A stretch of DNA of 63,769 bases, filler included, from Octopus bimaculoides (GCF_001194135.2; 4 parts of 3 records of this genome joined end to end with filler, not necessarily neighbours in it), one strand, 5' to 3'; counted from the whole stretch's first letter, positions 26,425 to 40,287 are shown. Translations and numbers: made by a program. Notes: a model not told the origin generated them from the sequence alone.

Positions 26425-26507
26425 CATGCCATTCATCTCAACCATTAATTGACAATAGCTTCTGATTTGTCGGTTAAGTACATTTTTGTTTCAATATTCT
26501 TTTTAAG

Positions 26508-26722
26508 TCTAGGCGGCGAGCTGGCAGAAACGTTAGCACGTGGGGCAAAATGCTTTGCGGTATTTCATCTGTCTTTATGTTCAAATTCCGCCGAGGTCGA
26601 CTTAGCATTTGATTCTTTCGGGGTCGATAAATTAAGAACCAATTGCGTATTGGGGTCGATCTAATCGACTGGCACCCTTCCCCCAAAATGTCGGGCCTTG
26701 TACTTAGAGTAGAAAAGAATAT
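26508..26722 (+). mobile_element. SINE family A
   Basis: GGCGGCGAGCTGGCAGAAACGTTAG...GTTCAAATTCC...AGAGTAGAAAAGAAT. Confidence 0.8.
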
Positions 26723-27730
26723 TCTTTTTATGTCTGTTACTGAAATTTAAGAAAGTCAAACAATTTGAGATAGAATTTAACGGAAAACATACGTTGCACT
26801 CACAAAAATAACTTTGATAAAGTTGGTTATAAAACATATATTTAGGGCTAATAGAAATAACAAGTAAATAAGATTGATAAAATGACTGTTTGAACAAATC
26901 AAAGAATAAATTTAGAAATGAAATCTTAAAAATATTGAAATTTATAAACTCTCGGAAATTAGAATAATTGGACGTCAAATAGATTTTTTTTTTCATACAC
27001 ATTTTTTAAATTTCTTATTGTTTATATAACTACGGAGAAAAAGCTAAGCGGGAATGGATAACAGAATTCATTCTATCAACACTGTGAATTGTAAAAATAT
27101 ACGAATGATTATTATAAGCTGATATATTGGGGCGATTATCTCTTCCTCCGTTGTTAACACTTAATCAAAGTGTTATACTCAGTAATTAAACAAGAATACT
27201 TAATATTTTACAAATGCTTATGTATATATACACACCATTATTCCACACACTGGAGCAGTAAATATAAGTATTTCTAAGTGACGTAGTTTACCTGGTAACC
27301 AGGAGTTCTATCTATAGCTCAGTTAATCTACATATGCTCTGATTCTACCGGAATAAGCAAATAGTACCGAATGTAGGAAAGTAACTAAAACAAAAATATT
27401 CTTGATATGGACAACGGAGTAAGAACAATCATTTAATAAAGGGATTGTGCACGAAATGTCTTGCATTTAGGAGTATGAGAGCAACATGAAGAATCCTCGA
27501 GAGTACATCAGCCGAAACGTTGTAATCATCACTTACTAAGATGGGAATATTAGACGTCTCATTTTGACACAAGCTCACAGATGACGGGCGAAAATTAATG
27601 ATGATTAGATGAAATTACCATGCTCGGTAAGTGGTTGGTAGCTTATTTTATGCGCCCCGCTAAAAAGGTTGAAAGGCAAAGTTTACCTTGTTGGGATTCG
27701 AAAAAAACAGATTTAGTAAAAGATACTAAC

Positions 27731-27895
27731 TTTGAAAATTGCAAGCGATGCAGGTTTCAATGTCTCCACCCCACGATCCATTGCTTCGCTGTCCACAACA
27801 ATCTCCAAGTGAAATCCGCTGCTCATTCGACCAAAATACTTTTGGACCTTCGCATACTGACGACTCATAACAGTATTGAAAAGCGTCATTTACCT
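27731..27895 (-). CDS. SCO-spondin-like gene exon 4: 6-Cys TB-like module
   Basis: tttcag|AG GTA...CAA A|gttagt, 165 nt, phase 1-1; VNDAFQYCYESSVCEGPKVFWSNEQRISLGDCCGQRSNGSWGGDIETCIACNFQ. Frame not shown in the ORF track. Confidence 0.88.
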
Positions 27896-28323
27896 CTGAA
27901 ATAAAAATAAGGTAGTGTTCGTAATCACACTTTGTTCAAGAAAATAGTTAACTGGTTTCTTCATGACAAATTAAACTAAGTATTTTTCTTAAATATGAAG
28001 CAACAATCATGAAAGATATTTTTAACTTAAAAATCATTTTCAGCAAGGTGCTGACTTGTTTTTGGCGGACGTAATGATAAATGTATTCCAGTAGATATAG
28101 TAACATAATTAAAATATTTTTATTGCTGCTCTAATAACATTATTTACATCTTTCAGTATCGGCTGAGTAACTTTTCGGATAGAAATATTTATATCAAAAT
28201 TATAAGAGGTTTTGATGTTTGGTGCTTTGCAAAAGACATCTAGTCGGAACGCTTACTTTTTAAGTAACTGTTATTCGATTACATAGTTAAGTGATGAAGC
28301 ATGTTGTTAAATAAAATAAAAAA

Positions 28324-28540
28324 TACAGTAATCCTTCGACTATTGCGGGTGTCACGTTCCAAAACACCCCGCGATAGGGGATAATCCGCGAAGTAGAAAC
28401 AGTACTGTGCTGGATATATCTTTTATTATTTTTATAATTTGTATATATTATAAATGCAAAACAGCACCACAGAGGAATCGACGTAAGCTTAAATAATAAT
28501 CCGCGATAGGTGAACCGCGACCTGGCGAGGGATTACTGTA
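28324..28540. mobile_element. Tigger/pogo-type MITE
   Basis: TACAGTAATCCTTCG ... CGAGGGATTACTGTA, 14/15 inverted match including terminal TA. Confidence 0.8.
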
Positions 28541-31500
28541 GATTGTGAGGACGGTTTCAGGATAATCGTGCTCTAAGTAATTGTAACAGATCGTTTTCTG
28601 GATTAGATCTCACGGCACTCACATCTCGAATTGAATTCAGGTTTCGTCAATATTACTATTTTATTTTTCCTAATCCCTAACGAGGTTCCGATGGACCCCT
28701 ACATAGGTGATAGGCCAGCTTGCCAACTGATTGTGCAGTCAATCACATTCGGCAGAAATCAAGAGGAACTTCCTGTGTTTCAGCACCAAAATTCAAAGAA
28801 AAGCTGTTAGAAATTTTGTCTCTGGCTATAAAAGTCTCGAATGTTTAACATTTAAAGAATAATTTTAGTTGTTACCAAATTATGTTACTCTGGCCGTCCA
28901 TACATAAATGCTTATCATCTCACTCATGATTGATCTCACTCACCAAGACATAAAGGTATTTCTACGTTGCCATCATCTTAGCCAATTGCCTGTAACACAA
29001 GGCACACGCATGCGTAAACATACAAAAATGCACACACATACAGAATCTTATACAAACCTTTGAAAAGACTTTCAGACTTCACTATGTAACTAGTGCAAAA
29101 CCGAAAAATATACATTGATATTTTATGACGAATTTCTTCGCTTGTTTTTATTCCACCTTTGAGCACCTTTACGTGAAAAGTTTTTAATTTACGTCTTGAA
29201 ATTATTGGTTCCTCTTTCGAAACACTGGTCCATAAACACCTTACATCTCTACACATAAGCAGTATCAGGTTTATGACATACACTAGTAAAACTTTACACC
29301 TCCAAGCAATATTTTAAAAAAAAGACAGAAAAAGAGGAAAGAAAGAAGAAAGGAAAACATAAAATCCACAAAAACCCTTCTACATAAAATTCCTGCAAAT
29401 CCTTTTCTTACAAATATTTTGTAATAAAAATATTTTATTGTTAAAAAACACTCGTAAATGGTACCAAAGAACATAGCCCTGAGAAGTTTCTTCGAGCAAC
29501 ATTTCAATGCTTAACTCTCTTCTATATTTGTGTCAAGCATTACACTTTCACATAATTTTCATTTGGTTACATTGCCTGTTTTTCTTTCGTTTCTTTTACT
29601 TTTGCTCGCTCTTTGCAGGCCCTTATTTATTTTCACTGGAATACTAGCATGTTCAATTTTTATGTCCTTACCGCACACATCTCCAGCAGAGAAGTGACAA
29701 CAATTGACTTTATCGATAATTCCTTCCAAGAAGATTTTTCGCTTAGCAAAGTAATTCATGTCAAGCAAATAATACAACTTGTAAAACCACGCAAATGACA
29801 ATACATATTTTGGTATAACTTACTCTAGTCATTGTTTACTAACTAGAATTTTGTTTCTAGTGTCGTATAAGTTATTTTTGTACCAATTTTGCACCATTTA
29901 TTGATTTGTTTTGTTTTTTAATGGTTTTTGCATAGATGCTTTTGTTTTATCAAGACCTGTTTGCTCCACTTACTGATGGTTTAGGCAGCATTTCAATATA
30001 AATGCATACATCTATTTATCACATATACATTCTTATACCTGCGCATCTAGCACTCGTTTCAAGTTCTTAACCAACCTTTAAGTAAAAAACCTTGGCATCG
30101 TTTCTGTTGCACTTAGCGTTATTTTGCATTGCATTGCTTCATTTGTTTTGGACAGTGGCCATATCATATTGGCCATAAAGTTTTGCAGCCTTTGAGTTGG
30201 AAATCACTACACAGTTAACCTGAACGGAACTGGTAACACCATCAAACTCTCCAGGTGTCACAAAATGTATTTAGACAACGCTTTCAGATATCAGTAATCT
30301 TTCCGTCTTCAAGTGACGCTTTGGTCACTTGCAGTTGTCGCACTTCCTGTAACCACAACGGCTATTCACCACTACATCGCTAGATCGACATAGCCACTGC
30401 ATTTTCCTTCAAGGCACAATGGTGTATTCACTACACACGCTATACTGCTTGTAGAATTATAGATACACAACTGCTTTTCCTTGGTTTTGTTCATTTTTGT
30501 TACAATAAACGTATCGTAAGGGTATCTCTGTAACATCGCTTTCTGCATTCGATCTCATAACATCGCTGTCTCAAATTGGACCCACCTTTTGTCAGTATTA
30601 CAATTTCGAGTAATCTTTGACACAACCAGTGATAGATCTGCCATGCACTTGATCAACATGCCTACCGACTTATATGGCAGCCAATCACATTCAATGGAGG
30701 ATATGGATGACGCCGGCAGTGAACGAAAGAAACCTTGTTTGTTTAGAGCCAAAATTCAGAGATAAGCTTATGTAACATTGTTTTGCTACAATAAAAAACT
30801 CCCAACGTTTAACTCTCAACAGACCCATCTGAGATGAAAGGGGAGAGATCATCTTATGTATTGCATAAGATGGTTAAGTGGTCTCTCTCTTTCTTTAATA
30901 CAGAATACATTTAAGTTCTGCCGAACACGAAAAATCGTTTTAATAGAAACAAAGCATTTCTACGTTGTCATCTTTTTTGCTGCTATATTTTTACAAACAC
31001 ACACATTGCATAAAGGGGGTTTCAGACTTCGCTGTGTTCGATATTTTATTGTTCCTGATTCAACATGGAGAACAATCGTTTCAGATTTAAGCACACAACC
31101 ACAGTCGATACCATAGACCTCCAGGATTTGACCGGCATTTTATTTTATTGACTCTGAAGGAATGAGAGGCTAATCTAACGTCAGTGAGATCTGAACTCAG
31201 AACGTAAAGGCGCGGAACAAACTCAGCAACGCATTTCTTTTCATTATTCTGCCAGCTCACTGCCTTTCAAATTCAAAAATAATTCAATTTGGTGTCTTAC
31301 AAGAAATCTCATCTCTTCAAACTGTTATTTTGTACAAATGAAATATTTTCTAATCTTCTTTAAACGCTTTTCTTTATCAAGTATCATTTATGTTTTCATC
31401 TGTACATAATTTGAAACATTTCAACATTTATTCTTCATTTAACTCTAAATTAGTCTTGTAGTCTATGTAGCAGAAACACTAGGCTTAAATAAAAAAAAAA

Positions 31501-32403
31501 AAAATCTCTGAAGGGAGGTAACTTATGATTTAAAATTTATTTTGACTTTTAAAATTTCGCAGAACTGTGGTTCTTCGAAATTTTCTTTTGAAATTCATAA
31601 GAATAATTACGTTTATTTTCATTAACGTAATCTGCTGATTTTGTGTATTAACATTAAATTAATATTAATAAAGTCACATTAAGCTGTCTTTATTAGCACA
31701 ATACTGATCAACAGTGATTGTTGCTTTGGCTGTTGCTACGTTATAAAGAAAAATTAAGTCCNNNNNNNNNNNNNNNNNNNNNNNNNNNNNNNNNNNNNNN
31801 NNNNNNNNNNNNNNNNNNNNNNNNNNNNNNNNNNNNNNNNNNNNNNNNNNNNNNNNNNNNNNNNNNNNNNNNNNNNNNNNNNNNNNNNNNNNNNNNNNNN
31901 NNNNNNNNNNNNNNNNNNNNNNNNNNNNNNNNNNNNNNNNNNNNNNNNNNNNNNNNNNNNNNNNNNNNNNNNNNNNNNNNNNNNNNNNNNNNNNNNNNNN
32001 NNNNNNNNNNNNNNNNNNNNNNNNNNNNNNNNNNNNNNNNNNNNNNNNNNNNNNNNNNNNNNNNNNNNNNNNNNNNNNNNNNNNNNNNNNNNNNNNNNNN
32101 NNNNNNNNNNNNNNNNNNNNNNNNNNNNNNNNNNNNNNNNNNNNNNNNNNNNNNNNNNNNNNNNNNNNNNNNNNNNNNNNNNNNNNNNNNNNNNNNNNNN
32201 NNNNNNNNNNNNNNNNNNNNNNNNNNNNNNNNNNNNNNNNNNNNNNNNNNNNNNNNNNNNNNNNNNNNNNNNNNNNNNNNNNNNNNNNNNNNNNNNNNNN
32301 NNNNNNNNNNNNNNNNNNNNNNNNNNNNNNNNNNNNNNNNNNNNNNNNNNNNNNNNNNNNNNNNNNNNNNNNNNNNNNNNNNNNNNNNNNNNCGGTTATC
32401 CGA

Positions 32404-32475
32404 AGCCGGCGGTTGTCCTGTACCGATGAAGGGTAATTACCCAGTAACCATTGGCCAACACGATTCACTACGGCT
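32404..32475 (+). ncRNA. Type I hammerhead-ribozyme-like motif, degenerate copy 1
   Basis: AGCCG..CCTGTA-CCGATGA-AGGG/TAATTA/CCCA-GTAA-CC/ATT/GG-CC-AACACG..CGGCT. Homologous to copy 2, but with core substitutions (U4C, A13U, U16.1C). Confidence 0.45.
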
Positions 32476-32848
32476 AGAAAGGAAACTGTACACTTCCTTG
32501 CTCACAGTATACGGACATAGATCATGTGTCGGTAGCCAGCTGGAAAGGGTGTTTTCCTGGGGCTAAAACGTAGTAGCATTGTCCTACGTAGGACTGCTAC
32601 GTTGCGTTGGCAAATAGATTTATATATATATGTATATATATATATATATATGTTCTTTTAATTGTTTCAGTCATTTGACTGCGGTCATGCTGCGTTGCGT
32701 TGGCAAATAGACTTTACTGTACGGTACTGTTACTACATATTTCTCGCTCAGAGATTTAGAACTAGTTGCTTTTCTCTTTACGAGATCAGTAACTGTGTGT
32801 CGCTTTAACTGTATATACTGTGAGCAAGAGCAAGTGGTTGCTATCTCT

Positions 32849-32920
32849 AGCCGGCAGTTTTCCTGAACTGACGAAGGGAAATTACCTAGAAACCATTGGT
32901 CTACAGGTATCGCTACGGCT
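32849..32920 (+). ncRNA. Type I hammerhead-ribozyme-like motif, copy 2
   Basis: CCTGAA-CTGACGA(32868-32874)-AGGG/AAATTA/CCTA-GAAA(32889-32892)-CC/ATT/GG-TC(32900-32901)-TACAGG. Intact CUGANGA, GAAA and GUC; stem I 5/6 paired, extended by AGCCG/CGGCT. The base of stem II is non-canonical. Confidence 0.6.
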
Positions 32921-32988
32921 TGAAAGGGAGCAGTAGACTTTCTTGCTTGCAGTATACGGATACAGATCATATCTCGGTAGCCAGCTGG

Positions 32989-33430
<442 letters not shown>

Positions 33431-33526
33431 TACGCTTCACAGCCATTCACACACAGACACACATATATCATCATTGCTCTGAGGAAATGTTTATAAAGGT
33501 GTTATATATATTGTAATATAACTTAC

Positions 33527-33588
33527 GTATAGTACAATCAGTCCCAGTATATCCCGGACAGCACTGTATAGTGTTGGCGACAAATATT
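33527..33588 (-). CDS. SCO-spondin-like gene exon 3: C-terminal half of EMI
   Basis: ttacag|A ATA TTT...ATA C|gtaagt, 62 nt, phase 2-1; (K)IFVANTIQCCPGYTGTDCTI, with the canonical EMI ending CCPG[WY]xGxxC. Confidence 0.9.
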
Positions 33589-33639
33589 CTGTAATATAAT
33601 TGTATATGTTTTAGTAGGCACAAGGAAATTTAATAATAA

Positions 33640-34300
33640 TAAGAATAAAAAGAAATACAAGATGTTGTGGGGCTTTAACATTCAAACTGACAGAGTAATA
33701 AAAGCTAGAAGAACTGATTTAGTAGTAGAAAATATAGAGATAATTGACTTTATAGTTCAAAATGATGAAAAACTCAATATGAGAGGTGTAGAAAAAATAG
33801 CAAATTGAAAAAATAGCCATTGAATTACAGAGACTATGGAAAGTGCGGGTAAAATGCATCCTAGTAGTAATAGGTGCATTGGGAACTATCCCTAAAGATA
33901 TGAACAGATGGATAGAGGAAATAGGCATAAAACCCAGTTTAGTACAGCTCTAGAAAACTGTTATTAGGGTCAGCTAGGATATTAGGAGGGTTTTTGGCAT
34001 CTAAGGTTACTTGTTGTAGCCCGATGCTAGGATTTTTTTTTCCCAACAGTCTAATCTGTTGTGTGTATATGGAAATAAATAATATTGATTTTTCTGAATA
34101 CTAAAAGACGAAATCTGGGAAAGATGGAGAAAAACAGACTACTAAAAGACGAAATTGCAGGAATGTGGACAATGTTGGGGCACCCGGAGCATTAACAATC
34201 AGGTTCGAGAAATATGTTGGAGAAATTGGAATTGACACGAAGGCAGAGCAACCCTAAAAAGCTGCTCTATTGGGGACAGCTATGATTTTGATGCAAATCA
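33640..34300 (+). mobile_element. Two decayed RLE-LINE 3' fragments
   Basis: LWGFNIQTDRVIKARRTDLVVENI...IAIELQRLWKVRVKCILVVIGALGTIPKD and a second TAL-LGTA-type end; similar to 52480-53075. Confidence 0.7.
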
Positions 34301-34429
34301 CCCTGTTCCGATGCTTTGCTATACGAGCTTTACATATATACGCTAGGCTTGTTCGGAGATGCCCAGGAAGAAGTCTACTGCAAGTGGTAGCAGAACGGTC
34401 AAGATTTTGGCCAAGGTATTAACAAAAAG

Positions 34430-35140
34430 GTTGGCGATTGTAGTCGAGAACATCTACGGCAATCTCAACTCCATATGATACATCGTAGAGAGAGAGTTAT
34501 ATAAAACATCGCTTCGGAGTTTCTCTGATAAATTTCGTTCGCATGAAAGCTTTCGATAAGTTAGATCATCATTATTTGCAGATTGTCCTCAAAGCAATAG
34601 GCTTCGACTATGTCTTCAGGGACTGGATCTCTGTAATGCGCAGCAGCATCTCTTAGGTGTCCAATATAAATGTCGGAACCGATTGGAGTCACACACTCCG
34701 TCCATCAAGAGTGTCCTCTCTCATCCTTTATGTACTGACTTTAAAACAACTGATGTAAAAGTTAGAGTTGTTGAAGTATATGGGGCAGTTGTGTTAGTAT
34801 TTGCCGATAATGTCACCTCAATGGTGTCGGACATGACGGAATTGCGATGGGCGGAATAGTTCTAAAACATTAACTCGGGTAAGTTAGTGGATTTTCAGCT
34901 GAGCACCTAGAGAAGCAAATCCATGTGGCCAGACAGCGTTGTGAGGCACTGTACCGAGGGTACTGTACTATGAATAGGCAAGAAACGATTCCTCTTTGGT
35001 TTATAAGGGGTCTATGAAAGTGAATGTATTTACCTTGTCAAAAGTATTTTACTAGCCAAAAGTCTAAGTATTCTTTGCAAGAAGGACAAAAAAGAGTAAA
35101 AATAAGGGACACTAAAGTGACGGATGGATGCTATACTGTA
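34430..35140 (+). mobile_element. Tx1/L1-clade LINE reverse-transcriptase remnant
   Basis: AFDKLDHHYLQIVLKAIGFDYVFRDWISV...VHQECPLS...FADNVT, with stops and frameshifts. Confidence 0.7.
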
Positions 35141-35329
35141 TCCAGTGTGATGATGTCATCATTAAAGCTGGATCCTCCAAAAATATAGATTATATTCTTT
35201 ATCAACTTGAGGAAAACATTGCTATTAACTACCAAATTGTATCGAATATTAATAAAAGAGAGAAATTTAAATGGAAATATGAAAGATAAAATTTCTTTTT
35301 TGAAAACTTATGACTCTGTTCCTCGCATT

Positions 35330-35745
35330 CTATTTTGTTTTGGTTATGGTAAACATATGTGGCTCATTGAAGAACCGCCACGAAATGATGGATACTTATG
35401 GCAGTGTACTAAAAGATCTAGGAAGGAACTACAGACGTATTTTCCTTGTTCATGTCATCTAGCTCATGTATTACTGCTGCAATATAAATATAGAACATTT
35501 TTCGGGATCTAGTTGAAATCGGTGGGGTCGGTAACGAGGGCGCATGCATCAGATATAGGCACATTGAAAGCCTTTCTTTTGAAAAATTTTGAAATTCACT
35601 CTGATTCAGTTTTAGATGTATTGCAACATTATTATTTTAGCAAAAGTTGTAAGCCATCTCTAGATCACCTGACAGTCAATAACCATTCGCATTTCTTTGA
35701 TCCAGTTCCCCATGAAAATACGAACCATTTTAAAATGTTATGAAT
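35330..35745 (+). mobile_element. Merlin (ISXO2/IS1595-like) transposase remnant
   Basis: DGYLWQC zinc-finger-like piece followed by TLKAFLLKNFEIHSD...HLTVNNHSHFFDPVPHENTN (IHSD / HxTVNHS..F.DP....TN pattern). Confidence 0.65.
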
Positions 35746-37005
35746 TTATGCAAAAAGAAGAAATAGACAAAACATAGGTACAAACCACACACAATTAGAT
35801 TCTTTTTACCCAAATTATGCTTTACCAAATGATGGATCTGAACAATTAATTAAATTTGTTAGATTTTTTTTAATGATTTATTTAAAAAGAAATATATAAA
35901 ACTTTCACTTTTAGTCCCTGAAGCACTTCAAGATTTTGTCCTCGAAAATATTTTCACTTCTATTTTCCTTAAAGAGAAAAGCACTTTCAATTTCTTTGAC
36001 GTGGAATATACCGACTTCTGACAAAGAAATATTTCTGTTTCATATGGCAGTGGAAACGAAGAAGTGCTGGTTAGAGTAAATAATCTATTAACGTAGTGCT
36101 CTTTCCTACCTACGCCAAAATACATTACTCTAATATTGTGTGAAATAATCCTTTCTAGTGGAAGCACACGGCCTCAAAATCGGATCAAAAATTAAGTCAA
36201 CCTCGGCTGAATTTGAACACAGGACGTAGCGACAGATGAAATGCCGCGAAGTATTTCGCCCGGTGTGCTAACGATTCTGCTAGCTCGCCGCCTTAATGTT
36301 GTGTGAAATAATGGCAAGTAAATGGTAATTTTTTCTAAGAGCAAGAAAAAGTACCTGGTGAGTTATGTTTATAGCATTTTTGCAATTTACTGCTATAGGT
36401 ATTTCATTTCACATCCTATTTATCAATGCATAAATTTCGGTTATTAATATCAAGTAATAAATAAGACGACAACTAAACTACTCCAAGAAAAAAATAAGAG
36501 GATTCTAACGTTTCGGGTAATGTTTTAACGACAATGGTTACTTAATTTTAGGGTATGTACGGGTAAAGTCACAAAAGACCGAAGAGTTAGCAGAATGAGT
36601 GGAATGAAATGACTGCAGACTGAGAGCGAAATCGAGACATCGCTTCGTCTTACAGGATATTTGCTCCCACTTCTTAGCATATATAACAAAGTTTGTTGTA
36701 TTCTGTATCCGACCAACTAATTCATTGATTTCGCTTTCATCGATCAACATACAAAAAGAGCATCGAAATAACAGTCACATCATTAACAACAACAGCAAAA
36801 GAAACAACAACTATCACAAGAGCAAAACAACAAACACAATAGCAACAGCTGGTATATTGATGATGCTAACGACAATAGCAAGAACAAGGATAAGAGAACA
36901 TATGACATAAATAACAAGTATGGCATCAATAGGTGCAATATAGAAAAGGAAAAAAAAACAATGACTTCATTTTGGAATCGATGCGATTAATGTCGTATTA
37001 TTTAC

Positions 37006-37152
37006 TTTTCAAAGACACAGGGTTGACCTGGAGGTGGAAGCACCAGTGTTGCAAGTTTGAAGCCTTCACTGAGCAAGATATCGGCGTTTGCACAGGAGCC
37101 ATTTCTTTGCATATTGGTGAAGATTGTCATATTACAGAACTGCTGAGCGCCG
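37006..37152 (-). CDS. SCO-spondin-like gene exon 2: N-terminal half of EMI
   Basis: ttccag|C GGC...GAA AA|gtaaat, 147 nt, phase 2-2; GAQQFCNMTIFTNMQRNGSCANADILLSEGFKLATLVLPPPGQPCVFE. The C..C...G[FW][KR]L...C pattern recalls the vertebrate SCO-spondin EMI (from memory). Confidence 0.85.
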
Positions 37153-37179
37153 CTGGAAAATAAATAAATAAATAGTTTC

Positions 37180-37939
<760 letters not shown>

Positions 37940-38086
37940 GATCGAATTAACAAAATAAGAACGAAATCAACATTTAAACTGTGGATGAGCAGAGAAGGGT
38001 GATGTAAGGCATGAATAATGACAAAAGATGAAAGAGATTAATAAAAATGAATTAAAACAAAGCTTTCATTTTTGTTCTTTTTTTAC

Positions 38087-38160
38087 CTGCTTGGACATGG
38101 TAACTTGAGAAAGAATAGTAGAATGGGTAGAAACGTGACCAGGACAGTTTCACGCCCCAT
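38087..38160 (-). CDS. SCO-spondin-like gene exon 1 (coding): signal peptide
   Basis: acaATGG Kozak-like start at 38160; MGRETVLVTFLPILLFFLKLPCPS + AG|gtaaaa (phase 2). Hydrophobic core; joins exon 2 in frame as ...PCPSSGAQQFC. Confidence 0.82.
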
Positions 38161-39793
38161 TGTAGTGACCGCACGCCTTTCCTCTTCAAAATGGTCAGAA
38201 CTGGTTCACACACACGTGGCGGTTCTATTAATTCACTGAGGCTCGAGAAAAAAATGGTCTCGATTTATGTAGCGTTCTTCTTCTAATGTCGGCTGTGTGG
38301 AATCTGTCATTGATATAACCGAAGTTTGTTTGTTCACTGCATGACTGCCGGTGTTCAATAATCAATTCTATTCGAATTCTTAAATCAATTAGTTTTAGTT
38401 AATCCAGCTCTGAGAGAAAGAATAAGAGAGTGGGGTGGGAGTGGGGACAGAGTGTCAGTGGAAAGAATACTTTGTTGTTTTATTAATTTTATTTTCCAGA
38501 CAACAGCTGACATAATTATATTCGAGAGGTTTCCAGTGGACTGATGACGTCTTCGTTGTTGTTGTAATTATCATCAAGGTCGATATGATCATCATCATCA
38601 TCATCACCATCGCAATAATCTACCATCGCATTCATCATCATCATCATGATCATCATCATCATCATCATCATCACCATGGTCATTTTTGATCACCGCGTAA
38701 TTAGCACCATATTGTCACCATCAGCGTCATCACAACATCATCATCATCATATCCTCACCGGCACCCTCGCCTCCGCCACTATCGCCTCCGCCACCATCGC
38801 CTCCCCCCATCACCAATACCATCGTCGTCATCATCATCATCATCATCATCATCGTCATCATTTCCACCGCCACTGCCGCTACAAACACAACCGCCAACAC
38901 AAACAAAACCGCCAGCACCACTACCACCACTACCACCACCACCACCACTACCAACACCAGCACCNNNNNNNNNNNNNNNNNNNNNNNNNNNNNNNNNNNN
39001 NNNNNNNNNNNNNNNNNNNNNNNNNNNNNNNNNNNNNNNNNNNNNNNNNNNNNNNNNNNNNNNNNNNNNNNNNNNNNNNNNNNNNNNNNNNNNNNNNNNN
39101 NNNNNNNNNNNNNNNNNNNNNNNNNNNNNNNNNNNNNNNNNNNNNNNNNNNNNNNNNNNNNNNNNNNNNNNNNNNNNNNNNNNNNNNNNNNNNNNNNNNN
39201 NNNNNNNNNNNNNNNNNNNNNNNNNNNNNNNNNNNNNNNNNNNNNNNNNNNNNNNNNNNNNNNNNNNNNNNNNNNNNNNNNNNNNNNNNNNNNNNNNNNN
39301 NACAACAATACAAACTCACCATGTTACTATTGTTGTGGATAGTTCCTACGGTGAGTTTGTATTGTTGTTGTTGGTATTGTTGTTATGTAGTGTTGTTCAG
39401 TTTTAATGAAATGTCAGAGTGTTACAATATTTAAAAACAATAATTTAATTAAACGGACTTTTCTGTTTTTAAATTGAATTATCAGTAGGGCATAATTGTT
39501 TTTGACTCCTTTGCTTTTTACAAAGTTACAATCTAATTAAAATATGGAATCCTGAAAGTGTGAAACAACTACTAAAATATTTTCCGAGCAAAAATTCTTG
39601 ACTATTATTAGAATACGTTCATATAGGCGAAGGCATGGCTGCGTGGTAAGAAGCTTGTTTCCGAAGCAATTAGTTCTGGGTTCAGTCCCAATGCGAGGCA
39701 CCTTGGGTATGCGTCTTTTATCATAGTCACCGGCCGACCAAATCCCTTGTGCATGTATTTGGTAGACGGAAACTAAAAGAATTCTGTCGTGTG

Positions 39794-39844
<51 letters not shown>

Positions 39845-39915
39845 TTGGAAGAGACTGCGTGGCGTTCAGTCATATAATAATATATATGTATGTGTGTGTG
39901 TGTGTGTATGTGTAT

Positions 39916-39947
<32 letters not shown>

Positions 39948-40287
39948 GCATATATATATATATATACGTATATGTGCATACTTACATCTATACGTATATA
40001 TATCAACGAACGACACAAAGAACGACCCTTCATCATATGTCGTTCTTTATGTTTGTTTTGTTTTCCATTTGTGTCATTCGGTGTTCGAAAAATAGTTCAT
40101 GTTCCGTGTACTCGTGCTTCGCACTTTTTTGTTATACACGTTTCGTGACGTCCTGTGCCTACATATGCATACACACACACACATGTATATATATATATAT
40201 ATATATNNNNNNNNNNNNNNNNNNNNNNNNNNNNNNNNNNNNNNNNNNNNNNNNNNNNNNNNNNNNNNNNNNNNNNNNNNNNNNNNC

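Noticed and set aside
28944-28976. 33-nt phase 1-1 mini-exon (DGNVEIPLCL) with a strong GTGAGT donor in the minus gene
   Set aside because: Not needed for frame, weak acceptor, and it adds an unpaired Cys; unresolved without RNA data.
29672-29777. Minus-strand segment ending NCCHFSAGDVC|gtaagg as the EMI C-terminal exon
   Set aside because: It has no phase-2 acceptor; the 33527-33588 exon gives the canonical CCPGYTG motif with correct phases.
30150-30752. Cys-rich minus-strand frames as further exons of the SCO-spondin-like gene
   Set aside because: Stops in all frames and no usable splice pair; more likely an unidentified decayed transposon.
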